A stretch of 31,027 nt of DNA from Thermoproteota archaeon (GCA_027492035.1 JAOZFT010000003.1:1-31027); one strand, 5' to 3'. Counted from the first letter of the stretch, positions 9,071-18,363 are shown. Made by a program: numbers and translations. Notes: generated by a model not told the origin, from the letters alone.

Positions 9071-9958
9071 TTACACTCCAACTAACCTTAAACCTAGTGC
9101 TGCATAAACTCCCTTAGCAATCATTAAGTAGGAAAAGTAGAGCAGCAACAACCCAAAGGCTAACTTGAGTTTTCTAACTCTTATTTTATTCATGGCGAGA
9201 GTTCCAGTTATTGCTCCTAATGTGATGCCCAAAACAACAGGTGTTACAGTTACTAAGTCAACTAAGCCTGAAAAAAAGTAGAGTAAGGCTGCAGTAGAAG
9301 CTGTAACTCCTATCATAAACTTACTGGTTGCAACTGCAACTTTTATTGGGACATTCATTATTTGGTTCATAAACGGGACCTTCAAGACCCCTCCTCCAAT
9401 TCCAAGCAAAGCTGAAACCACTCCAGCGAAATATGAAGCAGAAAAACCCAAAAAACTTCTGTTAACCCCATATTTAACTGTTTTCTTTTCAGCTTCATCG
9501 TAATATCCACCGGCTAAACTTAACTTCTTAGAAATAAAATCCTCCTTAGCAATCATAAACTTATCTTCCCTTATTTTCTCGCTTTCAACTTTACTTGTTT
9601 TTATTTGTAAAATGGACATGGAGAAAAGCAGTGCGGCTAAAAGGAAAAAAAGAACAAACGAAGGAGTTATCAAGGTTAAGAAAGCACCTGTCAAAGCCCC
9701 AAGAGTAGTTGCAACTTCTAAAAAAATTGAAAGCCTTACGTTAGTTATGCCCTGTTCCACGTATCTGGAGCCTCCAGCAGTGCTTGTGGCTACAACCCCC
9801 ACTATACTGACTGCAACAGCTTCTTTTATAGGTAAGTGAAAGAAAACAGTTAAAACCGGGACGATTACGATTCCTCCTCCAAGCCCGAAAAGTGCACCGA
9901 TGAAACCAGCTGATGCAGCAAAAGCTAAAAGAGTGAACATAAACACTAAATTAACCAT
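9071..9958 (-). CDS. Sulfite exporter TauE/SafE (TSUP) family membrane protein
   Basis: Duplicated motifs AGFIGALFGLGGGIVIVP and AGVVSALLGIGGGVLKVP, plus AVATSKFMIGVTA and about 8 TM helices. Confidence 0.92.
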   Translation of the reverse strand: MVNLVFMFTLLAFAASAGFIGALFGLGGGIVIVPVLTVFFHLPIKEAVAVSIVGVVATSTAGGSRYVEQGITNVRLSIFLEVATTLGALTGAFLTLITPSFVLFFLLAALLFSMSILQIKTSKVESEKIREDKFMIAKEDFISKKLSLAGGYYDEAEKKTVKYGVNRSFLGFSASYFAGVVSALLGIGGGVLKVPFMNQIMNVPIKVAVATSKFMIGVTASTAALLYFFSGLVDLVTVTPVVLGITLGAITGTLAMNKIRVRKLKLAFGLLLLYFSYLMIAKGVYAALGLRLVGV

Positions 9959-10072
9959 GACATACTCCTTCCTTTTATTTTTTTGGTTTAAGCAGCTGAT
10001 TAATGATTTGCTTTTTCATTTCTTCTTGTATTTTATAGTTTACAGGTTTCTACCTTAATATGAACCCATCTT

Positions 10073-10369
10073 TTAAATCGTTTCTTTCCAAAACACTTCT
10101 CTCTTATCCTTTTCCGGTAGTTTTATTTCCCCATATTTAGTTTCATACTTTTTTATGTTTTCCTGTAAAGCTAAAAGGAAACGTTTAGCATGTATAGGAG
10201 TTAAAGTCACAATTGCTTTAACTTTAGCAGTGTTTACGCGGGGAATAACATGCATAAAGGTGAAATTAAATTCCTGATCATTGTGAGTTATCTCAGCTAA
10301 ATCGCTAAAGACAGGAATCAAATTCTGAGGTATGTCAACCCTTAACTTTACACCTTTCCTATTATTCAA
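10073..10369 (-). CDS. DUF3467 family protein
   Basis: The pattern FSDLAEITH..EF.FTF...LTPIHAKRFLLALQENIKKYE.KYGEI matches DUF3467. TTG start after GAGGTAGGA. Confidence 0.82.
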   Translation of the reverse strand: MNNRKGVKLRVDIPQNLIPVFSDLAEITHNDQEFNFTFMHVIPRVNTAKVKAIVTLTPIHAKRFLLALQENIKKYETKYGEIKLPEKDKREVFWKETI

Positions 10370-10383
10370 CGTATCCTACCTCT

Positions 10384-10992
10384 TTATTTTTCAAACTTGT
10401 AAGCATTCACTATTTCATCTATAATCCCGTTTAAAACTTGTTTATACCCGTGAATTCTCTTACTTAAAATCACCGCCAAAAACCATCTGTCTTTCCACCA
10501 GGCATATCCGGCAAGCCTGTTTTCAACAGGTATAGACTCATTCTCCGGTGTTTCAAAATAAATTGCGCCGCTGCCATTTTTCTCTACTACTTCATTAGGA
10601 TATTTAAGGACGTTTTGGATATAAAGAACGAAACTTGAGCCAAATGTTGAAACATCATCTTTATTGCTTAATTTCCCTGCGTAAAAGTTAACCCATTTTC
10701 TCTTATCTTGGCTGTAAAAACCTAAGTAAACCCTTAACTCGTTCACGCCAGGCTTTAAATTTATTTGAGGCCCACCTGTAAAACCAGGTAAAAACCTACT
10801 TTCTACAAAATAAACGTTCACATTCTGCCAATTAATTTTCACCTTCAACTCAGTAATGTCCCAGTCATTTGGGGGCACATCCTTAATTTCTACTTTCTCT
10901 TTTACACACCCGGGCAGGAGCAAACTAAATGACAATATTAAGCCCAAAAAAAGTAGGGGTGCCTTTTCCTTCTTTAACGCCACAACTCCCAC
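10384..10992 (-). CDS. Hypothetical exported protein, probable archaeal lipoprotein
   Basis: Basic N-terminus, hydrophobic stretch and lipobox-like LLLPGC, followed by a soluble domain I cannot assign. Confidence 0.6.
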   Translation of the reverse strand: MGVVALKKEKAPLLFLGLILSFSLLLPGCVKEKVEIKDVPPNDWDITELKVKINWQNVNVYFVESRFLPGFTGGPQINLKPGVNELRVYLGFYSQDKRKWVNFYAGKLSNKDDVSTFGSSFVLYIQNVLKYPNEVVEKNGSGAIYFETPENESIPVENRLAGYAWWKDRWFLAVILSKRIHGYKQVLNGIIDEIVNAYKFEK

Positions 10993-11231
10993 CTATCGAG
11001 AATCTTTTCCTGAGTGTTAAAATCCTTCATCCCTCTTAATAAGTATCCCTTAACTTTACCTAGGAATCAGCTTTTTCCACAATTTATTTCAGTTTTTCCC
11101 AAATAAATTTGGAACAAGAAAAACTCTTTTAAACAATTTAAACAAATATGTTTTTCAATGTTTCTAATTTACTTGTTCAACGATTAAAAATTTCTTTAAA
11201 TACTTTTTACTCCCTAAAGGAGTTGATTTCA

Positions 11232-12095
11232 ATGAGAAACGAAAAAATAATAAAGAGCTTGATTGAATTAATAAGGAAAGCTGAGACTCAACTTCCTTCA
11301 GATGTGAAAAACGCTATAAGAGACGCTTTCGAAAAAGAAACTTCAGAAACAGCTAAAACTCAGCTTAAAGCAATTCTAACCAATATCGAACTGGCAGAAA
11401 AACACTTAATCCCAATGTGTCAAGACACAGGAACCCCCACCTTTTTCATAAGAGCAGGAGTTAATTCCCCCTTCTTAAGGAATTTACCGAATGCTTTAAC
11501 AGAAGCTGTTAAGAAAGCAACGCAAGAAGTTCCTTTAAGACCTAATACAGTAAACCCTTTTACAGGAGTAAATCCAAGGAACAACATAGGTGAAGGGGTC
11601 CCAATTATTCACTGGGAACTGGTTGGAGGCAGTGAAATACAAGTCATAGCTCTTCCTAAGGGTGGAGGAAGCGAAAACATGTCCTTTTTGGCTATGCTTC
11701 CACCAGGTGTGGGCGTCAAAGGAGTAAAGAAATTCATTTTAGAGTGCGTAATAAAGTCTAACGGGAAACCTTGCCCACCAGTAATAGTGGGTGTAGGAAT
11801 AGGTGGAGGAGCAGATATGGCCATGGAACTAGCGAAAAAAGCAATTTTAAGACCTGTAGGTGAAAGGAACAAAAACAAAAGAGTAGCAGAACTTGAGCTG
11901 GAGCTCTTGAAAGTAATAAACCAGACAGGGATAGGTCCCATGGGGTTAGGGGGAGAAACAACAGCTTTAGATGTCCATGTTGAGTGGGCATATAGGCATC
12001 CTGCAAGCCTACCTGTAGGGGTTTTAATGCAATGTTGGGCTGCAAGAAAAGCTGAAATGACTATATACCCAAATGGGGAAATTAAAATAAAATGA
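11232..12095 (+). CDS. Class I fumarate hydratase / L-tartrate dehydratase, alpha (Fe-S) subunit
   Basis: PMCQDTG, PLRPN, PKGGGSEN, PCPPVIVGVGIGG, GIGPMGLGG and HPASLPVG..QCWA. ATG 11232 after AAGGAG is preferred over 11148. Confidence 0.93.
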   Translation: MRNEKIIKSLIELIRKAETQLPSDVKNAIRDAFEKETSETAKTQLKAILTNIELAEKHLIPMCQDTGTPTFFIRAGVNSPFLRNLPNALTEAVKKATQEVPLRPNTVNPFTGVNPRNNIGEGVPIIHWELVGGSEIQVIALPKGGGSENMSFLAMLPPGVGVKGVKKFILECVIKSNGKPCPPVIVGVGIGGGADMAMELAKKAILRPVGERNKNKRVAELELELLKVINQTGIGPMGLGGETTALDVHVEWAYRHPASLPVGVLMQCWAARKAEMTIYPNGEIKIK

Positions 12096-12104
12096 GGTGA
12101 AAAA

Positions 12105-12707
12105 ATGACTGTTTACCATTTAAAAACTCCTGTAAAGGAAGAAGAAGTTAGGAAACTGAAAATAAGGGATATTTTATATATTTCAGGCAAAATGTTCACG
12201 GCAAGAGACGAAGGACATAAAAAAATGCTGGAAATGAAAGAAAGGGGGAAGGAGCTGCCTTTCAATCCTTCTGAAATGGTGATGTTTCACTGTGGACCAT
12301 TAATCCGAAAGAAATCAAGTGATGAATGGGAAGTTGTTGCTGCAGGCCCCACAACAAGCATTAGAATGGAAGTGTTTGAAGATGAGTTCATAAAAGAATT
12401 TAAGACAAGAGTAATTGTTGGTAAGGGAGGAATGGGTGAAAGAACAGCTAAGGCGATGCAGAAATTCGGTGCTGTTTACGCTGCTTATACAGGTGGTGCT
12501 GCAGTGTTGGCTGCAAAAGCAATTAAAAAAGTAGAAAATGTTTTCTGGCTGGATGAGCTAGGAATGCCTGAAGCAGCTTGGATCTTAAATGTTGAAAACT
12601 TCGGTCCGTTAGTTGTAACCATAGATTGCCACGGAGGCAATTTAACAGAAGAAATAATTGCTAATGTAGAGTCTAGGAAGGATAAGTTGCTTGCAATGCT
12701 GAAGTAA
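12105..12707 (+). CDS. Class I fumarate hydratase / L-tartrate dehydratase, beta subunit
   Basis: TARDEGH, FHCGP, AAGPTTSIRM, IVGKGGM, LGMPEA and FGPLVVTIDCHGGN. The SD GAGGTGA overlaps the alpha-subunit stop. Confidence 0.93.
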   Translation: MTVYHLKTPVKEEEVRKLKIRDILYISGKMFTARDEGHKKMLEMKERGKELPFNPSEMVMFHCGPLIRKKSSDEWEVVAAGPTTSIRMEVFEDEFIKEFKTRVIVGKGGMGERTAKAMQKFGAVYAAYTGGAAVLAAKAIKKVENVFWLDELGMPEAAWILNVENFGPLVVTIDCHGGNLTEEIIANVESRKDKLLAMLK

Positions 12708-12911
12708 ACCTTCCCCACTTTTTTATTTTGCAGAAGAAGGTATTTCAAAGTTCCTGATTTTTATACCTCTAGAGTCTTTCAAGAAAGTTACCTCTCCTTT
12801 TTTTAAAAGCTTCCCCTTCCTTCCCACCTTCTTCTATAGCTAAAATTTTTGAAGAAGAAATAAGTTTAGAATAAATATAAAGTTTTATTTCACTCCCTTA
12901 GGTGTTATTGT

Positions 12912-15251
12912 GTGGAGAAAAAAAGGTTTTGGTTTCTTGATGTAACAAGGGAAATTTCAAAGGGGAAAAGTGAAATATGGGTTTGGGGTTTAACAGATGA
13001 CAAAAAAAGAATTCTTTTGATAAATAAAGACTTTAGACAAGTTTTTTTCTTAGCTTTTCAAAGTAAAGAAAGGGGGAAAGTGGAGAGTTTCCTTGATAAG
13101 TTAAGTAGTGAAGGATTGGTTATCTCTTACTCCTTTAAGGAAAAAAACCTTTTCGGGAAACCTTTACAAGGTATGGAGATAGAATGCACAGCCTTTTCGT
13201 TCAACGAAGCCGTTAAAAAAATGAGTAGGGAATTCCCAGCTTGCAAAATTTTTTTTGACGACATAAACTTCACACGGCAATACCTGCTTTTCAAAGATTT
13301 ATCTCCCTCTTCATGGTATGAAACTGAAGTAGAAAGGGGGGATATAAGCGATTGGGGAGAAACTTATTTCTTTAAGGAACTGAAGAAAAGGGAACCGGGT
13401 AAAATTCCAGATTTGCGAATTCTTTCCGCTGACTTTATTTACACAAGCTCTAAAGGTGAACCTAACCCTGAAAGAGATCCTGTAGCAATTATTTCTGTTG
13501 CCACCAGTAATGGGAGCAAGGAACAATTTATTTTGCGAGAAAATGAAAAGGAGCTTCTCCATAACTTTGTTTCTTTTGTGAAGAAGTACGACCCCGACAT
13601 AATTGTTACTTTCAAGGGGAATAGTGAACACTTCTTTTACTTAGTGGAGCGTTCAAGAAGACATGGTTTAGATTTAGGTTTGGGAAGAATGAATGAGCCC
13701 CCTCATCCTGGAATTTTTGGCCATGTTTCAATTTCAGGTAGGCTCCATTTCGACTTGAAAGACTACATAAACGAAATCCCTTCTATCCAACTCAAAACCT
13801 TGAAAGAAATGGCTGATTTCTTCGGTCTAACCTGTGAAAAACACATTGATGATTTTATGTTTCCAATTTACTGGCAAGAAGGAGATTTTAAGAGGGAAGA
13901 ACTGAGAAAATATTCCATATGGAGAGCTGAAACAATTCTTAAAGTGTTTAATTTAATTATGAACCAAGTTTTTACTTTATCCCAAATAACAGGATTGCCT
14001 GCTGATCAAGTTTTTGCGGCTTCGCCAGGGTTTAGGTTAGAAAATTATTTGATGCGGGAGGCTTTAAAAAGGAATGAATTAATACCTAAATCTGCAGAAA
14101 AATTTGCAAAACGTTACATTGGAGGAAAAGTTATTTCCCCTAAGCCAGGTTTACACTCAAAAATAGCAGTTATAGATTTTAAGTCAATGTATCCAAGTTT
14201 AATGATTAAATACAACATCTCTCCTGATACAATAATAAAAATTGGAGAGGCTGAAGAGGATTCCCTCAAAATTGAAGAGGCAAAAATAGCTATTCTTCAA
14301 AAAAAGAAAGGGTTTTTCACTCAAATACTTGAAAAACTTATAGAGGAAAGGGATTTAACCAAAAAGAGGTTGAAAGAAATAAGTCGGGAGTCTGTGGAGT
14401 ACTCCCTCCTGGATGTGAAACAGAAAAACCTGAAAATACTTGCTAATGCAATGTACGGTTACATGGGATGGACAGGTGCAAGATGGTTTGTTAGAGAAGG
14501 AGCTGAAGCTGTAGCTTTTCTGGGAAGAAAAACAATAACTGAATCAATTAACAAAGCTGAAGAATTAGGGCTGGAAGTTATTTATGCAGATACTGACAGC
14601 TTATTTGTAAAATATAATGAAGAAAAGGTTAACAAGTTAATGAATTGGGTTAGGGAAGAGTTAGGCTTAGAAATTAAAATAGACAAAATTTATGAAAAAG
14701 TGGTTTTTACAGAAGCGAAAAAGAAATACGCAGGAATAACTAGTAAAGGGGAACTGGATATAGTAGGTTTAGAAGTGGTCAGAAGTGACTGGTGCAACTA
14801 TGCAAGAGAAACCCAGAAAAAGGTGTTAGAAAAATTATTAATCGATACACCTATGACAGAAATATTTGACTTAATTAAAGAAAGAGTTAACCAGTTACAG
14901 CAGGGTAAATTTAAACTAGAGGATTTAATTATTTGGGAACAAATAACGCGTTCCTTGGATGAATATAAGGCAAATGCGCCACACATACAAGTAGCTAAAA
15001 ATTTGGTTGAGAAAGGGTGGGAAGTAAAGAAAGGAGATTTTGTAGGTTACGTAATTTGTAAGGGGGAGGGGAAACTGTTTCTAAGATCCAAACATTACAC
15101 TGAAGTGAAAAAAGAAGAAGTAGATGTTGAGTACTACATTAAAAAACAAGTAATTCCCGTCTGTACCCGAGTTCTTAGGGCATTAGGAGTTTCAGAAAAA
15201 CAACTTGAACAACTTATTTCAGTTAAAAAAGGACTAGAAGCGTTTTTCTAA
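12912..15251 (+). CDS. polB: Family B DNA polymerase, PolB3-like, with apparently degenerate 3'-5' exonuclease
   Basis: Motif A DFKSMYPSLMIKYNISPDT, motif B KILANAMYGYMG, motif C YADTDS, KKKYAG, GLEVVRSDW, YYIKKQVIP and a C-terminal PIP-like KKGLEAFF. GTG start after AGGTG. Confidence 0.95.
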   Translation: MEKKRFWFLDVTREISKGKSEIWVWGLTDDKKRILLINKDFRQVFFLAFQSKERGKVESFLDKLSSEGLVISYSFKEKNLFGKPLQGMEIECTAFSFNEAVKKMSREFPACKIFFDDINFTRQYLLFKDLSPSSWYETEVERGDISDWGETYFFKELKKREPGKIPDLRILSADFIYTSSKGEPNPERDPVAIISVATSNGSKEQFILRENEKELLHNFVSFVKKYDPDIIVTFKGNSEHFFYLVERSRRHGLDLGLGRMNEPPHPGIFGHVSISGRLHFDLKDYINEIPSIQLKTLKEMADFFGLTCEKHIDDFMFPIYWQEGDFKREELRKYSIWRAETILKVFNLIMNQVFTLSQITGLPADQVFAASPGFRLENYLMREALKRNELIPKSAEKFAKRYIGGKVISPKPGLHSKIAVIDFKSMYPSLMIKYNISPDTIIKIGEAEEDSLKIEEAKIAILQKKKGFFTQILEKLIEERDLTKKRLKEISRESVEYSLLDVKQKNLKILANAMYGYMGWTGARWFVREGAEAVAFLGRKTITESINKAEELGLEVIYADTDSLFVKYNEEKVNKLMNWVREELGLEIKIDKIYEKVVFTEAKKKYAGITSKGELDIVGLEVVRSDWCNYARETQKKVLEKLLIDTPMTEIFDLIKERVNQLQQGKFKLEDLIIWEQITRSLDEYKANAPHIQVAKNLVEKGWEVKKGDFVGYVICKGEGKLFLRSKHYTEVKKEEVDVEYYIKKQVIPVCTRVLRALGVSEKQLEQLISVKKGLEAFF

Positions 15252-15470
15252 TTCCTTCAAGCCGAAATTTCAGATACGCAACTGAAAGAGACGTCAGTAG
15301 TATAGAACATTTATGTTGAAGAAAAAAAGGGAAAGAAATAAATTTTAAGGTGGAAGTATTTCTTTCATTTTTAGGTTCTCTAAAAAGAGTACGTTACGTG
15401 TGTAGCGAGTAATTTTAAATTTGGGGCAAGTTTTTAAACGAGAAAGAAGATTTTTCGAGTTGGGGAAGAA

Positions 15471-17366
15471 GTGGGTAGTGGGAACAGTTCCGAACACTTG
15501 AAAAACTTTAAAGAAAATTTTCTTTCCTTAGCAATAAACGAGAGACTAAGGTGGAACGTAACAAAATTTTTCCTATTCTCTATCACTTCTTACTTCCTTT
15601 TTCAACTTTACCCCTTTTATCCAAGCCGTTACATTTTCCTTGTTTTTAACCCCGTCCTTTTCCTTGTAGCTTTTTTAGGTTTAACATCCCTTAAGTTCCC
15701 GAAAAAAACACTTGCTACTATGCTTATTCTCTTCCTTTTCCCCTCTATTTACCAAACACCTTCCCTAATCCTTATACATCTTTCTTTAGTTGCCTTTTTT
15801 ATTTTTATTTTAGCGTGGGAATTTGTGGATTGGTTAACAGTTGCATTAATTATTTTATCATTTGTTACAGCATTGAACAGCACTATTTGTTTTTTTTCGC
15901 CTGTACCTATTCTATTCTTGGGTCTCAAAAACCGTAGAGAAGGTATGATTGCTGGTTTAACTGCTTCTTTCTTCATTTCTGTTTATGTCCTATGTAACGG
16001 ATTTAAAGGAGGCTTTGTTTATATTCCTTCAAGCCTGTATATTTCAAAAATCACTTTTAAAACCCCGCCAATCCCTTTCAGAAAATATGCTCCACTCTAC
16101 TTTTTTAACACCTTAAGTGAAGCCTTCAAATTTGATAGTTTAATAACTTTCGGTAAAGCTTTGGCTGTTTTCATAGATGAGCCACAGTTACTGCTTCAAG
16201 TAGTTACTTGGGGGTTTGTTGGGTTTACGGAACTAGAACTTCTACGGAAAATGAAGGAAATCTTAAAATGGAAAGAAAAATTCTACCTAACTACTCCAGC
16301 TTCCCTACTAAGCTCAATTCTAATCCTTGCCTACTACATTCTTTATTCAAACAACGGCAACTTATACTACTTAACCCTCTTCCTTGCTTCAACTCTTTTC
16401 ATGTCGCACCTTTATGGTTACATGAAAGTAAAGAGTGAAACTACTAAATTAAAGTATTTAATGAAGGAGGGAAGGGAAGAACTGCAATTTTTAACAACTC
16501 AGCTGAAAAAGGAAAAAACCTTTTTTCAAAGATACCTTCTAGAACTAAACAATTTAAAAAAAGGCTTCGAAGACGCCTTAAAACTTTGTAGACAATGGGA
16601 GTTTGAAGAAGCTAGGCAAAAAATTAAAGAAACAAACAAAGAAGTCAAAAAACTCAGCAAAGAAATAACAAAAACAATTTCTGAAACTGAAGAAGTTAAG
16701 GAGACATTTGAAAACTTAGAGGTGCAATTAAATGAAGTTAAGGCGTTACTTGCTGAAAAAGAGCTGAAAATTAAATTAAACAGCTACCTGAAGGAAACCC
16801 AGAGCTTGGAAAATAAATTAAATGAATTAATAAGGGCATTTAAAACAGAGGGGTTAACTCCTAAGTTAAAAATGGGAATTAAATCCCTAAAAACAGAAAT
16901 TACAGAATTAAGGCATGGAATAAAAGAATTTTTGGGTTTAAGAAGTACAGTGTTAATAGACGGTTCAAATGTTGCGCTATATGGCACATCGGAAGGTGAA
17001 CCTGCAAAACTTGAAAACATAAAGTTGTTACTGAAAGAAGTGCATAGAAACGGTTTTGAACCTATAACCATTGTCGATGCAAGTTTAAGGTATAGAATAA
17101 ACAAAAGAGAAGAATTTCAATCTATGTTAAACAGCGGTGAAATACTTCAGGCACCTGCTAAAAGAGCAGCTGACGAATTTATCCTAGATTATGCTGACCG
17201 TGAAAATTTACCTGTGATAAGTAACGACACTTATAAAGAATATAGAGAAAAGTATCCTTGGGTGAATGAGCCAACAAGAAAAATAACTTTTATGATTATA
17301 GGGGAAACAGTTATTTTCAACCCCTCCCTTCAAACCTTGAAAAAGAGAAGAATTTTGACACAATAA
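15471..17366 (+). CDS. Multi-pass membrane protein with coiled coil and C-terminal Zc3h12a/NYN (PIN-fold) ribonuclease domain
   Basis: Residues ~30-320 are hydrophobic helices and ~325-490 are E/K/L-rich coiled coil. The C-terminus has VLIDGSNVA...IVDASLR...ADEFILDYA...VISNDTYKEY...YPW, as in Zc3h12a-like RNases. Confidence 0.8.
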   Translation: MGSGNSSEHLKNFKENFLSLAINERLRWNVTKFFLFSITSYFLFQLYPFYPSRYIFLVFNPVLFLVAFLGLTSLKFPKKTLATMLILFLFPSIYQTPSLILIHLSLVAFFIFILAWEFVDWLTVALIILSFVTALNSTICFFSPVPILFLGLKNRREGMIAGLTASFFISVYVLCNGFKGGFVYIPSSLYISKITFKTPPIPFRKYAPLYFFNTLSEAFKFDSLITFGKALAVFIDEPQLLLQVVTWGFVGFTELELLRKMKEILKWKEKFYLTTPASLLSSILILAYYILYSNNGNLYYLTLFLASTLFMSHLYGYMKVKSETTKLKYLMKEGREELQFLTTQLKKEKTFFQRYLLELNNLKKGFEDALKLCRQWEFEEARQKIKETNKEVKKLSKEITKTISETEEVKETFENLEVQLNEVKALLAEKELKIKLNSYLKETQSLENKLNELIRAFKTEGLTPKLKMGIKSLKTEITELRHGIKEFLGLRSTVLIDGSNVALYGTSEGEPAKLENIKLLLKEVHRNGFEPITIVDASLRYRINKREEFQSMLNSGEILQAPAKRAADEFILDYADRENLPVISNDTYKEYREKYPWVNEPTRKITFMIIGETVIFNPSLQTLKKRRILTQ

Positions 17367-17407
17367 CAACTTTTTTTGAATGTTTTGAATAGGAAAAGTG
17401 GACGAAA

Positions 17408-17806
17408 ATGAAATATAGGTTAATGGATATTTTAGCTTGCCCCATTTGCAAAACATTTCCTCTAAAATTGATCGTTTTTAAAGAATCAACTCATGAAAAA
17501 GAAATGAAGGGGGCTAAGTCGAAAATCTGTTGTGAAGAGTACTGTAGCTTAAACAATGGCTATGTTTCCAAAGTACCACTTGAAAAATTAATTTGTAGTG
17601 AATGTTTAAAGAAAGAAATAGTGGAAGGAATAATAATTTGTCCGGAATGTTTAAGATGGTTCCCGATTCAGGATGGGATCCCAAGCATGTTGCCTGACGG
17701 TTTAAGGGAGAAAGAAAAAGAAGTTTCTATTCTATGGAAATATAAAGAGGCAATACCTGAAGAAGTGCTTAAAAACGGAAAACCTTTCAATTTGATGAAC
17801 TTTTAA
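17408..17806 (+). CDS. trm112: Trm112 family methyltransferase activator (long form with Cys-rich insert)
   Basis: MKYRLMDILACPICK...EIVEGIIICPECLRWFPIQDGIPSMLPD is the Trm112 zinc-knuckle signature, with an extra CxxYC/CxxC insert. Confidence 0.9.
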   Translation: MKYRLMDILACPICKTFPLKLIVFKESTHEKEMKGAKSKICCEEYCSLNNGYVSKVPLEKLICSECLKKEIVEGIIICPECLRWFPIQDGIPSMLPDGLREKEKEVSILWKYKEAIPEEVLKNGKPFNLMNF

Positions 17807-17880
17807 TGAACTGGATTTTTACTTAATTTCTCCCTATCCTTTTAATTAAAAATGAAAAGGGGTAGAGTAAAGTTGTTTAT

Positions 17881-18363
17881 TTAAATTAACTTCTTTGCAG
17901 CTTCCTTTATGGCTTCAACTATTTTTATGTATCCTGTACACCTGCACAAGTTCCCTTCAATTGCTTCCTCTATTTCTTCTTGTGTAGGGTTCTTTTTTCT
18001 ATCAAGTAAATACTTCGCTGAAAGAATCATTCCTGGGGTGCAGAATCCACACTGAACAGCTCCCTTCTCTGCAAATGTTTCTTTTAATGCTTCAAACACA
18101 GGATCTCCTTTTAATCCTTCAACAGTTACAATGGTGGCGCCATCCACTTTAGGTGCCAAAACTAAACATGAATTTACAGGTTTACCGTTTAGAAGCACTG
18201 TACAGGCTCCACAGTCTCCTCTTAAACATCCCTCTTTCGGACTTCTAACTCTTAATTTTTTCCTAAGCAAATCTAATAAAGTCCAGTTTGGTTGAACATT
18301 CTTCACCACTTTTTCACCGTTTAATGTGAAACTAATGATTATTTCTTGTGTGTTCACTTGCAT
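17881..18363 (-). CDS. Xanthine dehydrogenase family small (2x[2Fe-2S]) subunit, CoxS-like
   Basis: KEGCLRGDCGACTVLLNG...SCL, QCGFCTPG and GNLCRCTGY. Confidence 0.95.
   Translation of the reverse strand: MQVNTQEIIISFTLNGEKVVKNVQPNWTLLDLLRKKLRVRSPKEGCLRGDCGACTVLLNGKPVNSCLVLAPKVDGATIVTVEGLKGDPVFEALKETFAEKGAVQCGFCTPGMILSAKYLLDRKKNPTQEEIEEAIEGNLCRCTGYIKIVEAIKEAAKKLI

Noticed and set aside
12912-15251. Casposon or viral PolB, or an intein-containing polymerase
   Set aside because: Length and motifs match cellular RNA-primed PolB3. I saw no cas1, integrase, terminal repeats or intein insertion.
1795-15412. Similar 11-mers TTACTCG(T/C)TAC at ~1795 (+) and ~15402-15412 (-) in two intergenic regions
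   Set aside because: Two imperfect copies in 31 kb upstream of unrelated genes are not enough to call a regulon motif.
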